Of a stretch of 64,000 bases of DNA, positions 14,634 to 27,423 are shown piece by piece (the stretch's first letter is position 1; each line of letters starts with the position of its first letter). A model generated the notes under the pieces. The model saw only the letters and a program-made list of their open reading frames with translations, was not told the DNA's origin and searched no databases. The translations under genes and the position numbers were made by a program. Origin of the DNA: Octopus vulgaris (lineage: Eukaryota); assembly GCA_951406725.2 (NCBI GenBank), contig OX597818.1, positions 99,882,001 to 99,946,000 of the forward strand, given 5' to 3'.

Positions 14634-15030
14634 TCTTTATATATAAAAGTGAAGTTGTGTGTCTGTCTCCTACGATTTAGATTCCTAACTACTCCAACAT
14701 TTTGCGGTGCAGTGTAACCAAAAGCGGGTATCTTATAGTCGTGATTCATATCGAGCCCTTCTGGGTATTAGCGCGCGTCTATGATGAGTCTACGATTTAA
14801 AAAAAAAATTGGCATAATTTTTTTCCCATTTCTAATGCATTTTTCTTGCTATTATATAAGGGAAGTAACTCTCTAAAAATGTATTATTAAATCTCAGAAC
14901 GTAAAAAGCTACAGTAACACCTCCCTTTGTGGTTAGCCATATTGAGATGGCTATTATACTTTACATCTCTAAAAATGCTCATATAGTTATTTCCCTTACA
15001 AACCCGAGCAACGCCGGGCGATACTGCTAG
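14634..15030 (+). mobile_element. Complete non-autonomous Helitron (~397 bp)
   Basis: 5' TC preceded by A (14633). 3' CTAG (15027-15030) followed by T. GC-rich subterminal hairpin CCCGAGCAACGCCGGG at 15003-15018. No TSD. All are established Helitron hallmarks. Confidence 0.85.
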
Positions 15031-15082
15031 TATATATATATATATATATAAATATATATATATATATGTATATATATATAGC

Positions 15083-15142
<60 letters not shown>

Positions 15143-15211
15143 CTCGAAAACATATACAAGCACACACACTCCATCATTCATTTATATATTTATTCTTATG
15201 TGAATGTCGTG

Positions 15212-15529
15212 TCACACCGTCGGTTACGACGCGGGTTCCAGTTGATCCGATCAGCGAAACAGCCTGCTCGTCAAATTAGCGTGTATGTGACCGAGCACTC
15301 AACAGACATGTGCACCCATAACGTAGTTCTTGGGGAGATTCAGCGTGACACAGTTTCTGTAGTAACTTTGAAATACAGGTAGAACAGAAATTTGCGGTGA
15401 AAGAGTACAGCAGGATTCGCCACCCCACCTTTAGGTGTTTTCGCTTAATAAACACTCACCGTGATCCCACGATCGTGATCCCACGACCGCGTGTCCGCTG
15501 CTCAAACCACTAGACCTCTTCGCCTCCAC
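15212..15529 (-). mobile_element. tRNA-derived SINE, head H2 + tail T2
   Basis: Tail matches 23675-23820; head/body matches 62590-62757. Confidence 0.8.
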
Positions 15530-15628
15530 TATGTGGAATGTATTTATATGATGAACCGACAGTAGTGAAATCTGTTGTGGGTGAATAATGAATTTTTTTC
15601 TGTAAACGTCTTCGTGTTAATACTCTCA

Positions 15629-15720
<92 letters not shown>

Positions 15721-15728
15721 CATCCAAA

Positions 15729-15762
<34 letters not shown>

Positions 15763-15773
15763 CTTACCTATCT
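15629..15773. repeat. (TATC)n microsatellite
   Basis: Directly visible. Confidence 0.95.
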
Positions 15774-16947
15774 ATAAAAATGCACATATATACCTAATTG
15801 TGTGCTCATGTGTCTGTTTATGTATATGTTTTTATTAATGTCCGGAAGGACCATGTATGATACGAATGTTGATATTTGAAAGATAACAGGGAGAAAATTT
15901 GTTATTGAACCACAAAGCATGGTAAATTAAATCAAACTAATTCGCCATAATCAAGTGTCAAACTTTTGTCTTTAATTTTACAAATCTCGAAATAAATAAG
16001 TGACGTTATTGTAATTATGTTCTAATATAATAACTGTCCCTATAAATATGTGTAATGTATTTTATATCATAAGAATTAATTTTAGACGTACTAATATATA
16101 TTTTGACATGTACGTGATTTGTTTTGGAGATATTTAGTGAAATATTCAGGCAAATATAGAGAAGAGAATCCAGCTGGCTCATCGCTTTATGATTGCTTAA
16201 GATATCTGTCTATAGGAAAACACATATTATTCAATGGAAGGACAGGAATTGCATCAAGAAAAGAAGCCAAGGTTCTGTGGAAATAATCAGAGAAAGCGAG
16301 CCGCAAAGAAACCTTCTTGGAGGTTAACTGGAAATAAATTACGATTTCGGATAAATTTTCGCAAGAATAATACGAGTGCCCTTAACTTCCGCTTGACTGA
16401 GTATTCCATCATTGTCAGAAATTTGATTGTACTTAACACTGAAGGCTTCTACGAAGTTCAAAATTGCAGTGAAATTGGGAAATAGAAGCCAGAAGGAGAA
16501 TGAGAAATACGCAAGTAACTAGAAGTTAGTGATAGAAAAAGTGCAAATACAGATAGCGAAAATGAGAGTAAAAAGAAGGAAAAAGAGGAAAGAATGAGAG
16601 AACTATATTAAGAGAATGCAACATAATAAATGGATTGATACCCACCCACACACATTAATATATATTTATATACATATGTACAGTATATATAAATACATAC
16701 ACACACACATATATACATACATATATATAAATATATATATGCATACGTACATATATATATGTGTGTGTGTGTTTGTATTTGTGTTTGTGTATGTACACAC
16801 AGACATATATATATATATATATTCTCTAAAAAATGGATCTACAAATTCAATATCCCTACATATCTCACAACTATTTTCTTTCCTCCACCTCACTCTCTAT
16901 TTTGTGTCCTGTGTAAATTAATTATTACTTAACCATCCTCTCACACC

Positions 16948-16999
16948 GTATCTGATGAAGGGATATAATAAATAAATATCCTGGAAACAGCTGTAAGAC
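16948..16999 (+). ncRNA. Minimal type I hammerhead ribozyme motif of PLE type
   Basis: CTGATGA (16952-16958); stem II GGATAT/ATATCC; GAAA; palindromic ACAGCTGT stem III; GUA cleavage triplet ending 16995; short stem I gtat/agac with one mismatch. Confidence 0.6.
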
Positions 17000-17084
17000 C
17001 TTATATCTCTAAATGTTCTAATATCTACACAACCTTGGTTTTTTATCTCATTACGCAAAACATTCTGGTATATCACGCACACAC

Positions 17085-17117
<33 letters not shown>

Positions 17118-17336
17118 AATATAAATATATATATATATATATATAAATATGTATATATATATATGCACCTATATGTTTTATCTATTTATCTATATATACT
17201 CGTTAGTGTCGAATAAAGGGGATGAGTGCTCAACACCGCATTGATAGATAGAGATTATTTATTTGTAGACTATATGCACATACATATATACATACAGAAA
17301 TACATGCATACGTACGTGTGTACATACATGCATACA

Positions 17337-17383
<47 letters not shown>

Positions 17384-17772
17384 CTATATGTGTCTCCATA
17401 CAAAATATGCGCTACACATACACTCACACGCACACATACGCACACGTACGCACACACACGCATATCTTACAATGTACACAGTAATAAAAGAAGACCTACT
17501 GACAGTGTCTTATAATGCACACCTGGAGACACGGTAATCTGACAGATAATATAATGTCCCTTCTATCTTCAAGCTATCATTGAAGCTCAGTGGACCTGGT
17601 TAGGCCTAATTTAAAACCAGGGCGCTGATGTACGAGAAAGCATGACATGAAACTATTAGTAAATCTTACTTTGATATTGCGGACATTAAATGCATTAAGT
17701 GATATTTATTTCTCACTAGATTGAGTTCTTCTCTGTTGTTCCCACATATAATGGAACATTAAGCTATATGTG

Positions 17773-17842
<70 letters not shown>

Positions 17843-17849
17843 TGCCGTG

Positions 17850-18150
17850 GTTTATTATAATTCAAAAGAAAATAAGAAAATGGAGATGTAGCATTTAATA
17901 GAAATTTATTATCTGCAAAAATCAAACATAGTCCCTTCCAGCTGTTTCAATTAAGTCGAAGAAGATTAAATAGCAATTATGACAATCATTAGTTATAAAA
18001 GCTCAAGAAGAGATAGAGTAGTAACGCATACTAAACAGCAAATTGAGTAGCCATATCAATGTGCCAGTTGAACGTTACTAATAGTTTAACCTCAGGAAGA
18101 TCACCGCCAGCTGGCTCTGAAGCTAATTTAAACTAATGAATGTATATAAT
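17850..18150 (-). mobile_element. Degraded PLE-like fragment between TA arrays
   Basis: Minus strand has cttcCTGAGG ... GAAACAGCTGgaag, the same motif style as 16952-16999 but decayed and with a long insert. Confidence 0.35.
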
Positions 18151-18184
18151 TGAATATACATATATATATATATATAAAATAATA

Positions 18185-18434
18185 CATAAATGCGCCCTTT
18201 TAAAGCCTAGCCAGGGTCATGGGCCCGGTTTCCCGGTTTCAATAGCGTATGTGTTCCCCAGCTGGATGGGAAGCCAGTCCATCGCAGCGTTACTCCATTT
18301 TGCCAGCTAAGTGGACTATATCAACGTGAAATGAAGTGTTTTGCTCAAGAACACAACGCATCACCCGGTCCAGGAATCGAAACTACAATCTTACGATCAT
18401 GATGCTGACACCCTAACCACTAAGCCAGGCGCCT

Positions 18435-18437
<3 letters not shown>
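18185..18437 (-). mobile_element. tRNA-derived SINE family C (head H1 + tail T1)
   Basis: Reverse complement of 29884-30144; A/B boxes TGGCTTAGTGG and TTCGATTCC. Confidence 0.9.
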
Positions 18438-18521
<84 letters not shown>

Positions 18522-18879
18522 ATATATGTATGTGTGTGTGTCTGTGTGTAGTCTTACTTTTACGGATTTCAGTTATTGGACGAACTCCTTCAGCTTGAAG
18601 GAGTTCGTCAAACAAAATGCTAATCTCGATAAAGAGCCTGATAACAATTCTATCGGGATCAGAAACGACTTGCCGAACTAGTATGTAACAGGAATAGCTT
18701 CATATGGATAAGAGATTATGTGTTTTTATGTCATGCTTACACTCAGGTGAAACTACATTGGTCTGAAACGAATTCTAGCAATAATTCAAAACACATAGCC
18801 CACGATTGAGCAGTTGTGGAAAACCGCACAAAATTCATTCGGAGTGTGTGAATACAAAACTCTCATAAGCTGCTATGTA

Positions 18880-19025
18880 TTTTCTCTTACTTGCTTCATT
18901 CATTTGACTGTGGCCATGCTGGAGTACCGCCTTTAGTCGAGCAAATCGACCCCAGGGCATATTCTTTGTAAGCCTAGTACTTATTCTATCGGTCTCTTTA
19001 ACTGAACCGCTATGTTTCGGGGATG
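18880..19025 (-). mobile_element. SINE family A 3' fragment
   Basis: Matches 25795-25935. Confidence 0.8.
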
Positions 19026-19676
19026 TGGTGTAGCGGGTTGTACTAGCGCTCTGGATTTAGCTGCGACTCAATTTCACGAGAGAAAACGGAAGCAAAATGC
19101 GATGAATGTTTTTTGGTCATGAACAGGAATTGAACCCAAGACTTTATGAATGTGAAGCGGATACGGTAAATTCTAGACAACACGAAAAATAAAACATGTA
19201 TGTATGTGTAGATATACGAACAAATTATCCATGTACTATTTATTTTGATCCATACATTATTCATTAGGGACTGACCTACATTTCAAATATATTAAAAATG
19301 CTTTTCGGAAACACTTGGCCACAGTTGTATAAATCAAAATAACTTGCAAAATTATAATTTGTATTTCTTGAAAATAATTAATACATTTCGGTTCGTAGGA
19401 AAAAGAAACATCTAACCTTGCTGTCAGATAATCATTAAAAACGATATTTTATAAAGTTTTAGAAGGGAAAACAAACAAATATGAATTCCATTTAATTATT
19501 TCCACTTTTTTTTTCTATCCTTTCTTTCACTCAAATTACACACTCATATCATGTGCCTTAACGAAATTTTACGAATCACACGATCAAAAATAGACACATT
19601 CTACACAATAAAAACGCATCCATCCATCCATGCATCCCTCTCTCCTTCCCTCTCGCGTTCCATAACAGATGTATTT

Positions 19677-19716
<40 letters not shown>

Positions 19717-19991
19717 ATACATAATTAAATACATATTGGCTTACAGAAGTCTTTGCCGACCAAGTCGCTAGTATACATACATAATAAATACTTGTATATT
19801 CCATTGCTATATGGCATTTAATTTATCCACTCTTGCTCTGTCTGTAACTATTTCTACGAGTATCACCATGCAAGGAATTCCCAATATCGAAGTTAAGTAT
19901 CAAAGATTAACTATGTTCCACAGGTACTGATAATATCCCCCCAGGAACCTTGGATACAGTTAAGATATACAACCATAAACTGTCAATACCT

Positions 19992-20470
19992 ATTTCGTTA
20001 CTACCCAGAAGGAGCTAAACACAGAGAGGACAAACAAGTACAGACAAACGGATTAAGTCGATTACATCGACTCCAGTGCGTAACTGGTATTTAATTTATC
20101 GACCCCGAAAGGATGAAAGGCAAAGTCGACCTCGGCGGAATTTGAACTCAGAATGCAGCGGCGGATGAAATACCACAAAGCATTTCGCCCGGCGTGCTAA
20201 CGTTTCTGCCAGCTCGCCGCCTGTAAACAGACAATACCTATGTCTTTACTACCCACAAGGGGCTACACACAGAGGGGACAAACAACAACAGACAAATGGA
20301 TTAAGTCGATTATATCGACCCAGTGCGTAACTGGTACGTAATTTATCGACCACGAAACAATGAAAGGTAAAGTCGACCTCGGCGGAATTTGAACTCAGAA
20401 CGTAGCGGCGGACGAACTACCACAAAGCATTACGCCCGGCGTGCTAACGTTTCTGCGAGCTCGCCGCCTG
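19992..20470 (-). mobile_element. Tandem pair of SINE family B copies
   Basis: Two ~230-bp copies (19992-20221, 20240-20468), each the reverse complement of 26372-26600, separated and flanked by a repeated 16-mer. Confidence 0.9.
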
Positions 20471-21973
20471 TAAACTGTCAATACCTTTGTAAAAAGCAGC
20501 AATATAAGAGAAATTCATTTCTATGTCTTTTATAAATGCGCAATCTAAAGATAATTTTATTAATACAGCAAACATTATAGGTTATGAGAAAGCTGAAACA
20601 GTGACGCGGTTTCAATTCTCTGTAGGAATGCGATATACTCACTTGCAAAGAAATGAGCCTCTACTTATACTTTTCCCTTTTTTCATGCATTCTACAACTT
20701 GAGTGCCTAATAGAAATAATCTATTATTGTCATATAATGGCGAAATAATAGGCAGAGTAGGATAAGATGAACGAAGAACGGGAAATAATCCTGATTCCAT
20801 TTCAATTTGTATGCATTCGGTATTTTTCATCGACTATATCAACATCTTCCTAATGAACTTGTTACACATCATTATAGATTGAAAAATGCTAGACTAGCAA
20901 GAATGGCTTTAGAACCTTTCAGAATTTCGTCACATTCACTTAAGTTCTGATTTACAAATCCTTTTGCGGTCGATAAAATTGATAAAATAAAATATCTGTC
21001 AATTTACTGGATCAATATAATCGACCCTTTCCTGCATAAGAAAAAAAAAAGAGAATCGGTGAATTTAAACCTGTGTTAAAAGTATTCATTACTACCATCA
21101 GCAAGAAGTGAAAATCTGACACACCACGTTTATGTCATGGCTTCCTTTACTAGGAAACATCATTCATCTAAATTCGATAATACTTTGCAGCACATTTTTC
21201 TAATTTTGCTTCCATAAAATGCGTCATCATTCCTAAACATGTAAGAAATATCAATCCATTATGAAAGCGAAACAGCTATTGAGCTATATAAACATGCACT
21301 CCTATAAATTACCACATCCGACACTAAACTGTAAATCCTAATTTTCTTATATTTGAAAAAGCAAGCCCTTCATTAAATTTTCAATAGACCTATCACACTG
21401 AGTTGAAATCTTGGAATGCAGTAATGCCAAATTGGCAACTGACTATAGCTGGCAACGATTCTTGTTGCTCACCTATCTTTTGCCTCCGGACACTTACCAT
21501 CTTTCTCTCAATTCGTAATATGTTGGCGCATCTTATTAGTTCCAATTTTCCACTTTCAAAAGACAGTTGTGAATGAAAAAGAATTAGCTTGTTAACAACG
21601 TCTGCTAAAGAATCTTTGCGTAGACCCCCCAGGGCAATTCCAATTCCCCACCACATCTTATTCTCTAATCTCTGTGAATTCTACCTCAATGAACAAACAG
21701 TTAATTATGTATTTATAGGTGCACTTTCTTTATCTGAGCGACACGTGTATCTGAGTACTTATACGTATTGATAATTAAATGTTAGGTTTATAAATGGATG
21801 TATGGACGTGTGTTTTCTTGCCCAAATAGGAACGTGAATGCGTTTCTGGATGTATTTATAATCTTGCACAAATCAATACTGTAGCATATTTCAGAATACT
21901 GCTTATACAAAAAGATGTCTATCTATCTGTCTATCTGTCTGTCTCTCTGTATGTTTGTGTGTAAGTCTGTCTG

Positions 21974-22086
<113 letters not shown>

Positions 22087-22586
22087 GTATATATATATAT
22101 AAATATATATATATACATATATATACATTCATACATGCTTATTGCGATCAAAACAAATTAGAAAGTCGAGAATACTCAATACACAGAGAATAAAGGTAAA
22201 TTAAACAGTTACCATATTATAAATTATGTTCTCATCACTATAGCAACTTTCTATCTTTAATTTCAGAGCTCCTCTCTGACATCATTATTATTTCGGTTCT
22301 GAAGGTGAATCTCTTTCAGGCATACGCAGTTTACACAGAATGAAAACGTTGAATTTTTTTGAAATTCCTGCTGGTTTCGGAGGGTTCTGGTTTTAAAAAA
22401 TGATGTAGAAATGGTAATACTATGCCGTGTTTCACTTCAACATCTAAGAAATGCTTGGATGTGTAAAACTAATTTCATATATAAATTCCTCTGAAACCAG
22501 TATCCATGTGCTACAATAATGTGTGTATATGTGTGTTAGAGAGAGAGTGTGTGTACATATATACATATATTTATACATACATACGT

Positions 22587-22619
<33 letters not shown>

Positions 22620-22831
22620 GACACATTTTAATGTACGTAACTTTCATATAAATATTATTTCGTTTATGCAAGAAACACACACATACATAAACGCATATAT
22701 TTTAATCTCCGAAAATTGCCGACTTCATTGGGTCCTTTTCACAAGGAAAAATTCTTGCTACAAATTTTGGCTAATGTCACCCGACAATAAATCAAAATTC
22801 CATAAATATTACCTGTAATTATGTATTGACT

Positions 22832-22964
22832 CGAATGGGAAAATGTGTCGCCCAAGAAGGGCTTCAGTTTCAACAATTTTCTTGATGTTTCATATTTAGA
22901 TGCTTTTATTATATTCATTCAGTTTTTAAACATAAATAAATCACGTGACTTTTGGCCAACCCTG
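22832..22964 (+). mobile_element. Tc1/mariner-type 3' end remnant
   Basis: Translates RMGKCVAQEGLQFQQFS*, resembling the R..C...G..F C-terminus of Tc1/mariner transposases. Followed by a TIR-like gtgacttttggccaaccctg (reverse complement starts CAGGGTTGG) abutting TA repeats. Confidence 0.5.
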
Positions 22965-22965
22965 C

Positions 22966-22998
<33 letters not shown>

Positions 22999-23017
22999 CT
23001 TCTCAGAATACTAATTA

Positions 23018-23230
23018 TTTCTAATTTAGGCACAAGTCTAGGGATACTGACGGGAGGGATTAGTGGCAGTTAGTGTGTTCCGTACTTGAATGTTACTTTA
23101 TTTTATCGATTCTGAGAGCATGAAAGGTAAGGTTGGCGTTGATGGAGTTTGAACTCAGAACGTAGAAGACCGGCATAAATTTTGCAAAGCATTTATTTGG
23201 ATTCTGTAATTAATTTGTTAGCTCGCCGCC
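23018..23230 (-). mobile_element. Degraded SINE family B variant
   Basis: tttatcgattctgagagcatgaaagg...tttgaactcagaacg...agctcgccgcc. Confidence 0.7.
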
Positions 23231-23404
23231 ATCATATTTGTATATTTATAATTAACAACAAGAACAATAATACGCACAGACACGCACGCAGAAACTCGCA
23301 TTCCTTTTGCATATAATTACATTGAAAATCGTAGGCACAGGTAAGCAAAAATTATAAATAGGACGCGTGCGACATTTGGAGTCCTTGTTTGCCATTAAGA
23401 TGTG

Positions 23405-23570
23405 ACTTACCTCCTAAAAGACAGTGTCAGCGGCGATGTATGTAAATATGAAGGGACTTTCGGTCACCTGTAGGCGTGTGCCATGCTCCAATGATGCATG
23501 TTAATTGTAGAGTTTGGCGCGGAAGTAGACGCGGGAGAGCCACTTACCTACAAACAAACAAAAACAATTT
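23405..23570 (-). promoter_or_regulatory. Candidate recursive splice site with 137-nt RS-exon
   Basis: Minus strand: ttgtttttgtttgtttgTAG|GTAAGT (junction 23548/23547) and a second GAG|GTAAGT donor at 23411/23410. Unique, CpG-containing sequence with stops in all three frames. Confidence 0.5.
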
Positions 23571-23669
23571 AAATTTTCATACTTTTCCGAAGAATAATGG
23601 CGATGTATATTTTAAATGAAAAAGATGAATTAAGTACGTAACACAGCGTGTACAATTGACAATATGTAT

Positions 23670-23988
23670 TAAAAGACTCCGCCGGTTACGACGACGAGGG
23701 TCCCAGTTGATACGATCAACGGAACAGCTTGCTCGTGAAATTAACGTGCTGAGCATTCCACAGACACGTGTACCCTTAACGTAGTTCTCGGGGATAATCA
23801 GCGTGACACAGAGAGTGACAAGGCTGACCCTTTGAAATACAAGTACAACTCATTTTTGCCAGCTGAGTGGACTGGAGCAACGTGAAATAAAGTGTCTTGC
23901 TCAAGGACACAACGCGTCGCCGGGAATCGAACTCACAACCTTACGATCATGAGCCGAATGCCCTAACCACTAAGCCACGCGCCCTCAC
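23670..23988 (-). mobile_element. Full-length tRNA-derived SINE (head H1 + tail T2) with 13-bp TSD
   Basis: TSD tgacaatatgtat at 23657-23669 and 23989-24001; A/B boxes on the minus strand. Confidence 0.92.
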
Positions 23989-24779
23989 TGACAATATGTA
24001 TAACAAAACTGGGTTGTTTAGAAAAATAAATTTTGGTAGTGTTGGATATAAGACCTCTTTATAATTATGAATATTTAGTGATTGTTAGTTCAATAGTTCT
24101 ATTTTTATAATTGGGGCCTTGCACTACCAGAAAAATAACAACAGCTCTATGAGACTGAATTATGAGCTGTGTTTTGTTTCATGTTTGCATTTTACTATTG
24201 TACAATACGTAACTGAGCTACAGCACTGCGAACTTCTGTAAACTGTAAAGCCTTCCTTTCATAGCTAGAGTACTGATGTGTCTTTATGTAATCCGTTACG
24301 ACTCTGTAATCATTACGAAGACATGAAGAGTGGATACGGGTGGCACAGTGTTAAGACACGATACAAAAACGTAGAAAAAGAAAAACAAGTAGAATAATCT
24401 CCCGAAGAATTTAAGATTAGCACACCTTCCAGAGCCATGAAGGTCAGAATGTAAAAACTGTAACCATGAAGTTATGAACTTTCTAAGCAAAGTCAGGAAA
24501 ATGACAATGGGTAAGTGTTGCGTTGTGAAGAATTCAATGTAAAGTAGAGAACACTGAAAGGGTAAGACATCGGGTACAAGCCATATCAACTCTCTATTGA
24601 CACTTGTTCTTGAGCTGTGAATAGATGACTTACAGACCCTTCAGGGATTTGGGAATTGAGAAGGACATTGAGCAGTTATGTGGGTTAACCCTAGCCTGGC
24701 ATGCAAATAGCTCCTATCTAGTGTGTATATGGCTGAGTAGGGCAAAACTTCACATTTATATGCAATTTTTAGAACGGTG

Positions 24780-25183
24780 ACTTACATCACCGTAACTTAG
24801 CGGTTCAGCAGAAATGGTGATAGAATAAGCAACAGGCTTTGAATAAATGTGTTTTGGTATCAACTCGATCGACTAAAATTCTTCAAGGGCCCAAGAGAAA
24901 CTTAAAGAAGCCCGTCGTATATACGTATATATATATATATATATATATGTATATGTGTGTGTGTGTGTGTATGTTTCTTGTCTGTGTTTGTCCCCCAACA
25001 TCGCTTGACAACCGATGCTGGTGTGTTTACCTCCCCGTAACTTAGCGGTTCGGCTCCGAGACCGTTAGAATAAGAACTAGGCTTACAAAGAATAAGTCAT
25101 GGGGTCGATTTCTTCGACTAAAAGACGGTGCTCCAGCATGGCCACATTCAAATGACTGAAACAAGTAAAAGAGTAAAAAGAGA

Positions 25184-25185
<2 letters not shown>
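24780..25185 (+). mobile_element. SINE family A, 5' truncated, preceded by an older fragment
   Basis: aaagaagcccgtcg-microsatellite-tgtccccc...gaaacaagtaaaagag. Confidence 0.85.
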
Positions 25186-25220
<35 letters not shown>

Positions 25221-25497
25221 CATACACACATTTATGTATATATATACACACGCACGCACAAATACACATGAATGTTGTATATTTCCATTATCCATGTACT
25301 ACTTTAAGTTTAACTAATATATTAATTTTAACACCTCTTTTTTACGTTCCGTATAGATAATAAATAATAAACTCGATCTCGATGGAGCTAACTTTGCATT
25401 TCATCAATGGGGGAGCAATAAAATAAAATGCCAGCGGCATGATATTGACTAACCACATTTCCTCAAAATTACTGGCCGTCTGCCTAAATCAGTGACT

Positions 25498-25635
25498 ATT
25501 ATTGTTATATGTTTGGATTATTATGTTTGGAGACCTCAAGAGACAAATTAGAAGTTCAAGTCGGTATGATGACTGGGGTGGTTGATAACTGCCGTGTTTT
25601 GGGATTTGTGCAAAGTATGGTTCTAGAGATTATCT
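25498..25635 (-). mobile_element. Degraded 3' UTR of R4/Dong-like element
   Basis: Reverse complement acttctaatttgtctcttgaggtctc...caaacatataacaataat resembles the 3' UTR at 28608-28705. Confidence 0.45.
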
Positions 25636-25663
25636 GCCAATCATCATCATCAGTATTACTACC

Positions 25664-25730
<67 letters not shown>

Positions 25731-25789
25731 GTACTATTGTTACTGTCGTTTGATAGGGTTTTAATGTATGTTTTATAGAGTATTTTTTT

Positions 25790-26353
<564 letters not shown>

Positions 26354-26369
26354 TATAATAACTCATTTT

Positions 26370-26602
26370 TAGGGCGGCGAACTGGCAGAAACGTTAGCAC
26401 GCCGGCCGAAATGCGTAGCCGTATTTCGTCTGCCGTACGTCCTGAGTTCAAATTCCGCCGAGGTCGACTTTGCCTTTCATCCTTTCGGTGTCGATAAATT
26501 AAGTACCAGTTGCGCGCTTGGTTCCATGTAATCGACTTAATCCGTTTGTCTGTCCTTGTTTGTCCCCTCTGTATTTGGCCCCTTTGTGGGTAATAGAGAA
26601 AC
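26370..26602 (+). mobile_element. Full-length SINE family B with ~15-bp TSD
   Basis: Head ggcggcgaactggcag, B box GAGTTCAAATTCC, central gcctttcatcctttcggtgtcgataaattaagtaccag (resembles the Nin-type conserved SINE domain, from memory). TSD ataataac(t/a)catttt at 26355-26369 and 26603-26617. Confidence 0.9.
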
Positions 26603-27341
26603 ATAATAACACATTTTACATAAGACGTGAACTCCTCGGTTTAATCATCACGTAACATATAAATGCTATCTAATTCGTGGTAAAATTAAAGGTCAGCTGA
26701 AATTTAGTAATACTCGAACTGAAGTAAGTTGAAAAGAGAAAAGTGATACTTTCCCTATCTCTTAATATTTCCCAGTGATACATTAAAGCAGTTCATATAG
26801 TAATTAATAAGAATCATATCACCAATCGATTGTCCCTTGTAAAAAAAAGAAATTAAATGTCAGCAGAAACTGGTGCCGTACAGACAATGTGAAACACTCA
26901 TAAAATATGCAAATATTGCAACATGTAAGAAATGTAAAACCTACAAAATCCTAATAAAAACAAGTCACGCTTTTAATTCGTGGGGTGCTCCGTCACTCTC
27001 GACGATGTGCATTCATCTGTTTAATGTACTGATTTTCTCTTCATGAAAATTATGTGGCAAACGTGAAACAAAGTGAGTGAGATGGAGCTTTGAATTGTGG
27101 AAATACAATTCAGTTACAAAAGGGACAGTGAAAGAGGAAGAAATTGTCAGAGAGAGATAGAAAGAGAGGTTGAGAGGGGATGTTTGAGATAGAGAGGAAA
27201 TGAGAGAAAGGGCTTCAGTACAAAACTAGTATTTTATAAATCGACTTCGAAAAAATGAAACGGGAAATTGTCCCCCGTCAGATTTTGATCTCAGTCTGTC
27301 AAAACCCTAAACCACAACAAGAACAACAACAACAAGAACAG

Positions 27342-27404
<63 letters not shown>

Positions 27405-27423
27405 TTAGACTACGAGACGCCTA

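Noticed and set aside
21393-21656. 87-aa minus ORF with an ATG|GTAAGT donor near 21498
   Set aside because: No recognisable protein similarity and only an AAG acceptor; insufficient support for an exon call.
24290-24720. Possible L2/CR1 3' remnant on the minus strand
   Set aside because: Only faint resemblance; diagnostic motifs could not be reconstructed.
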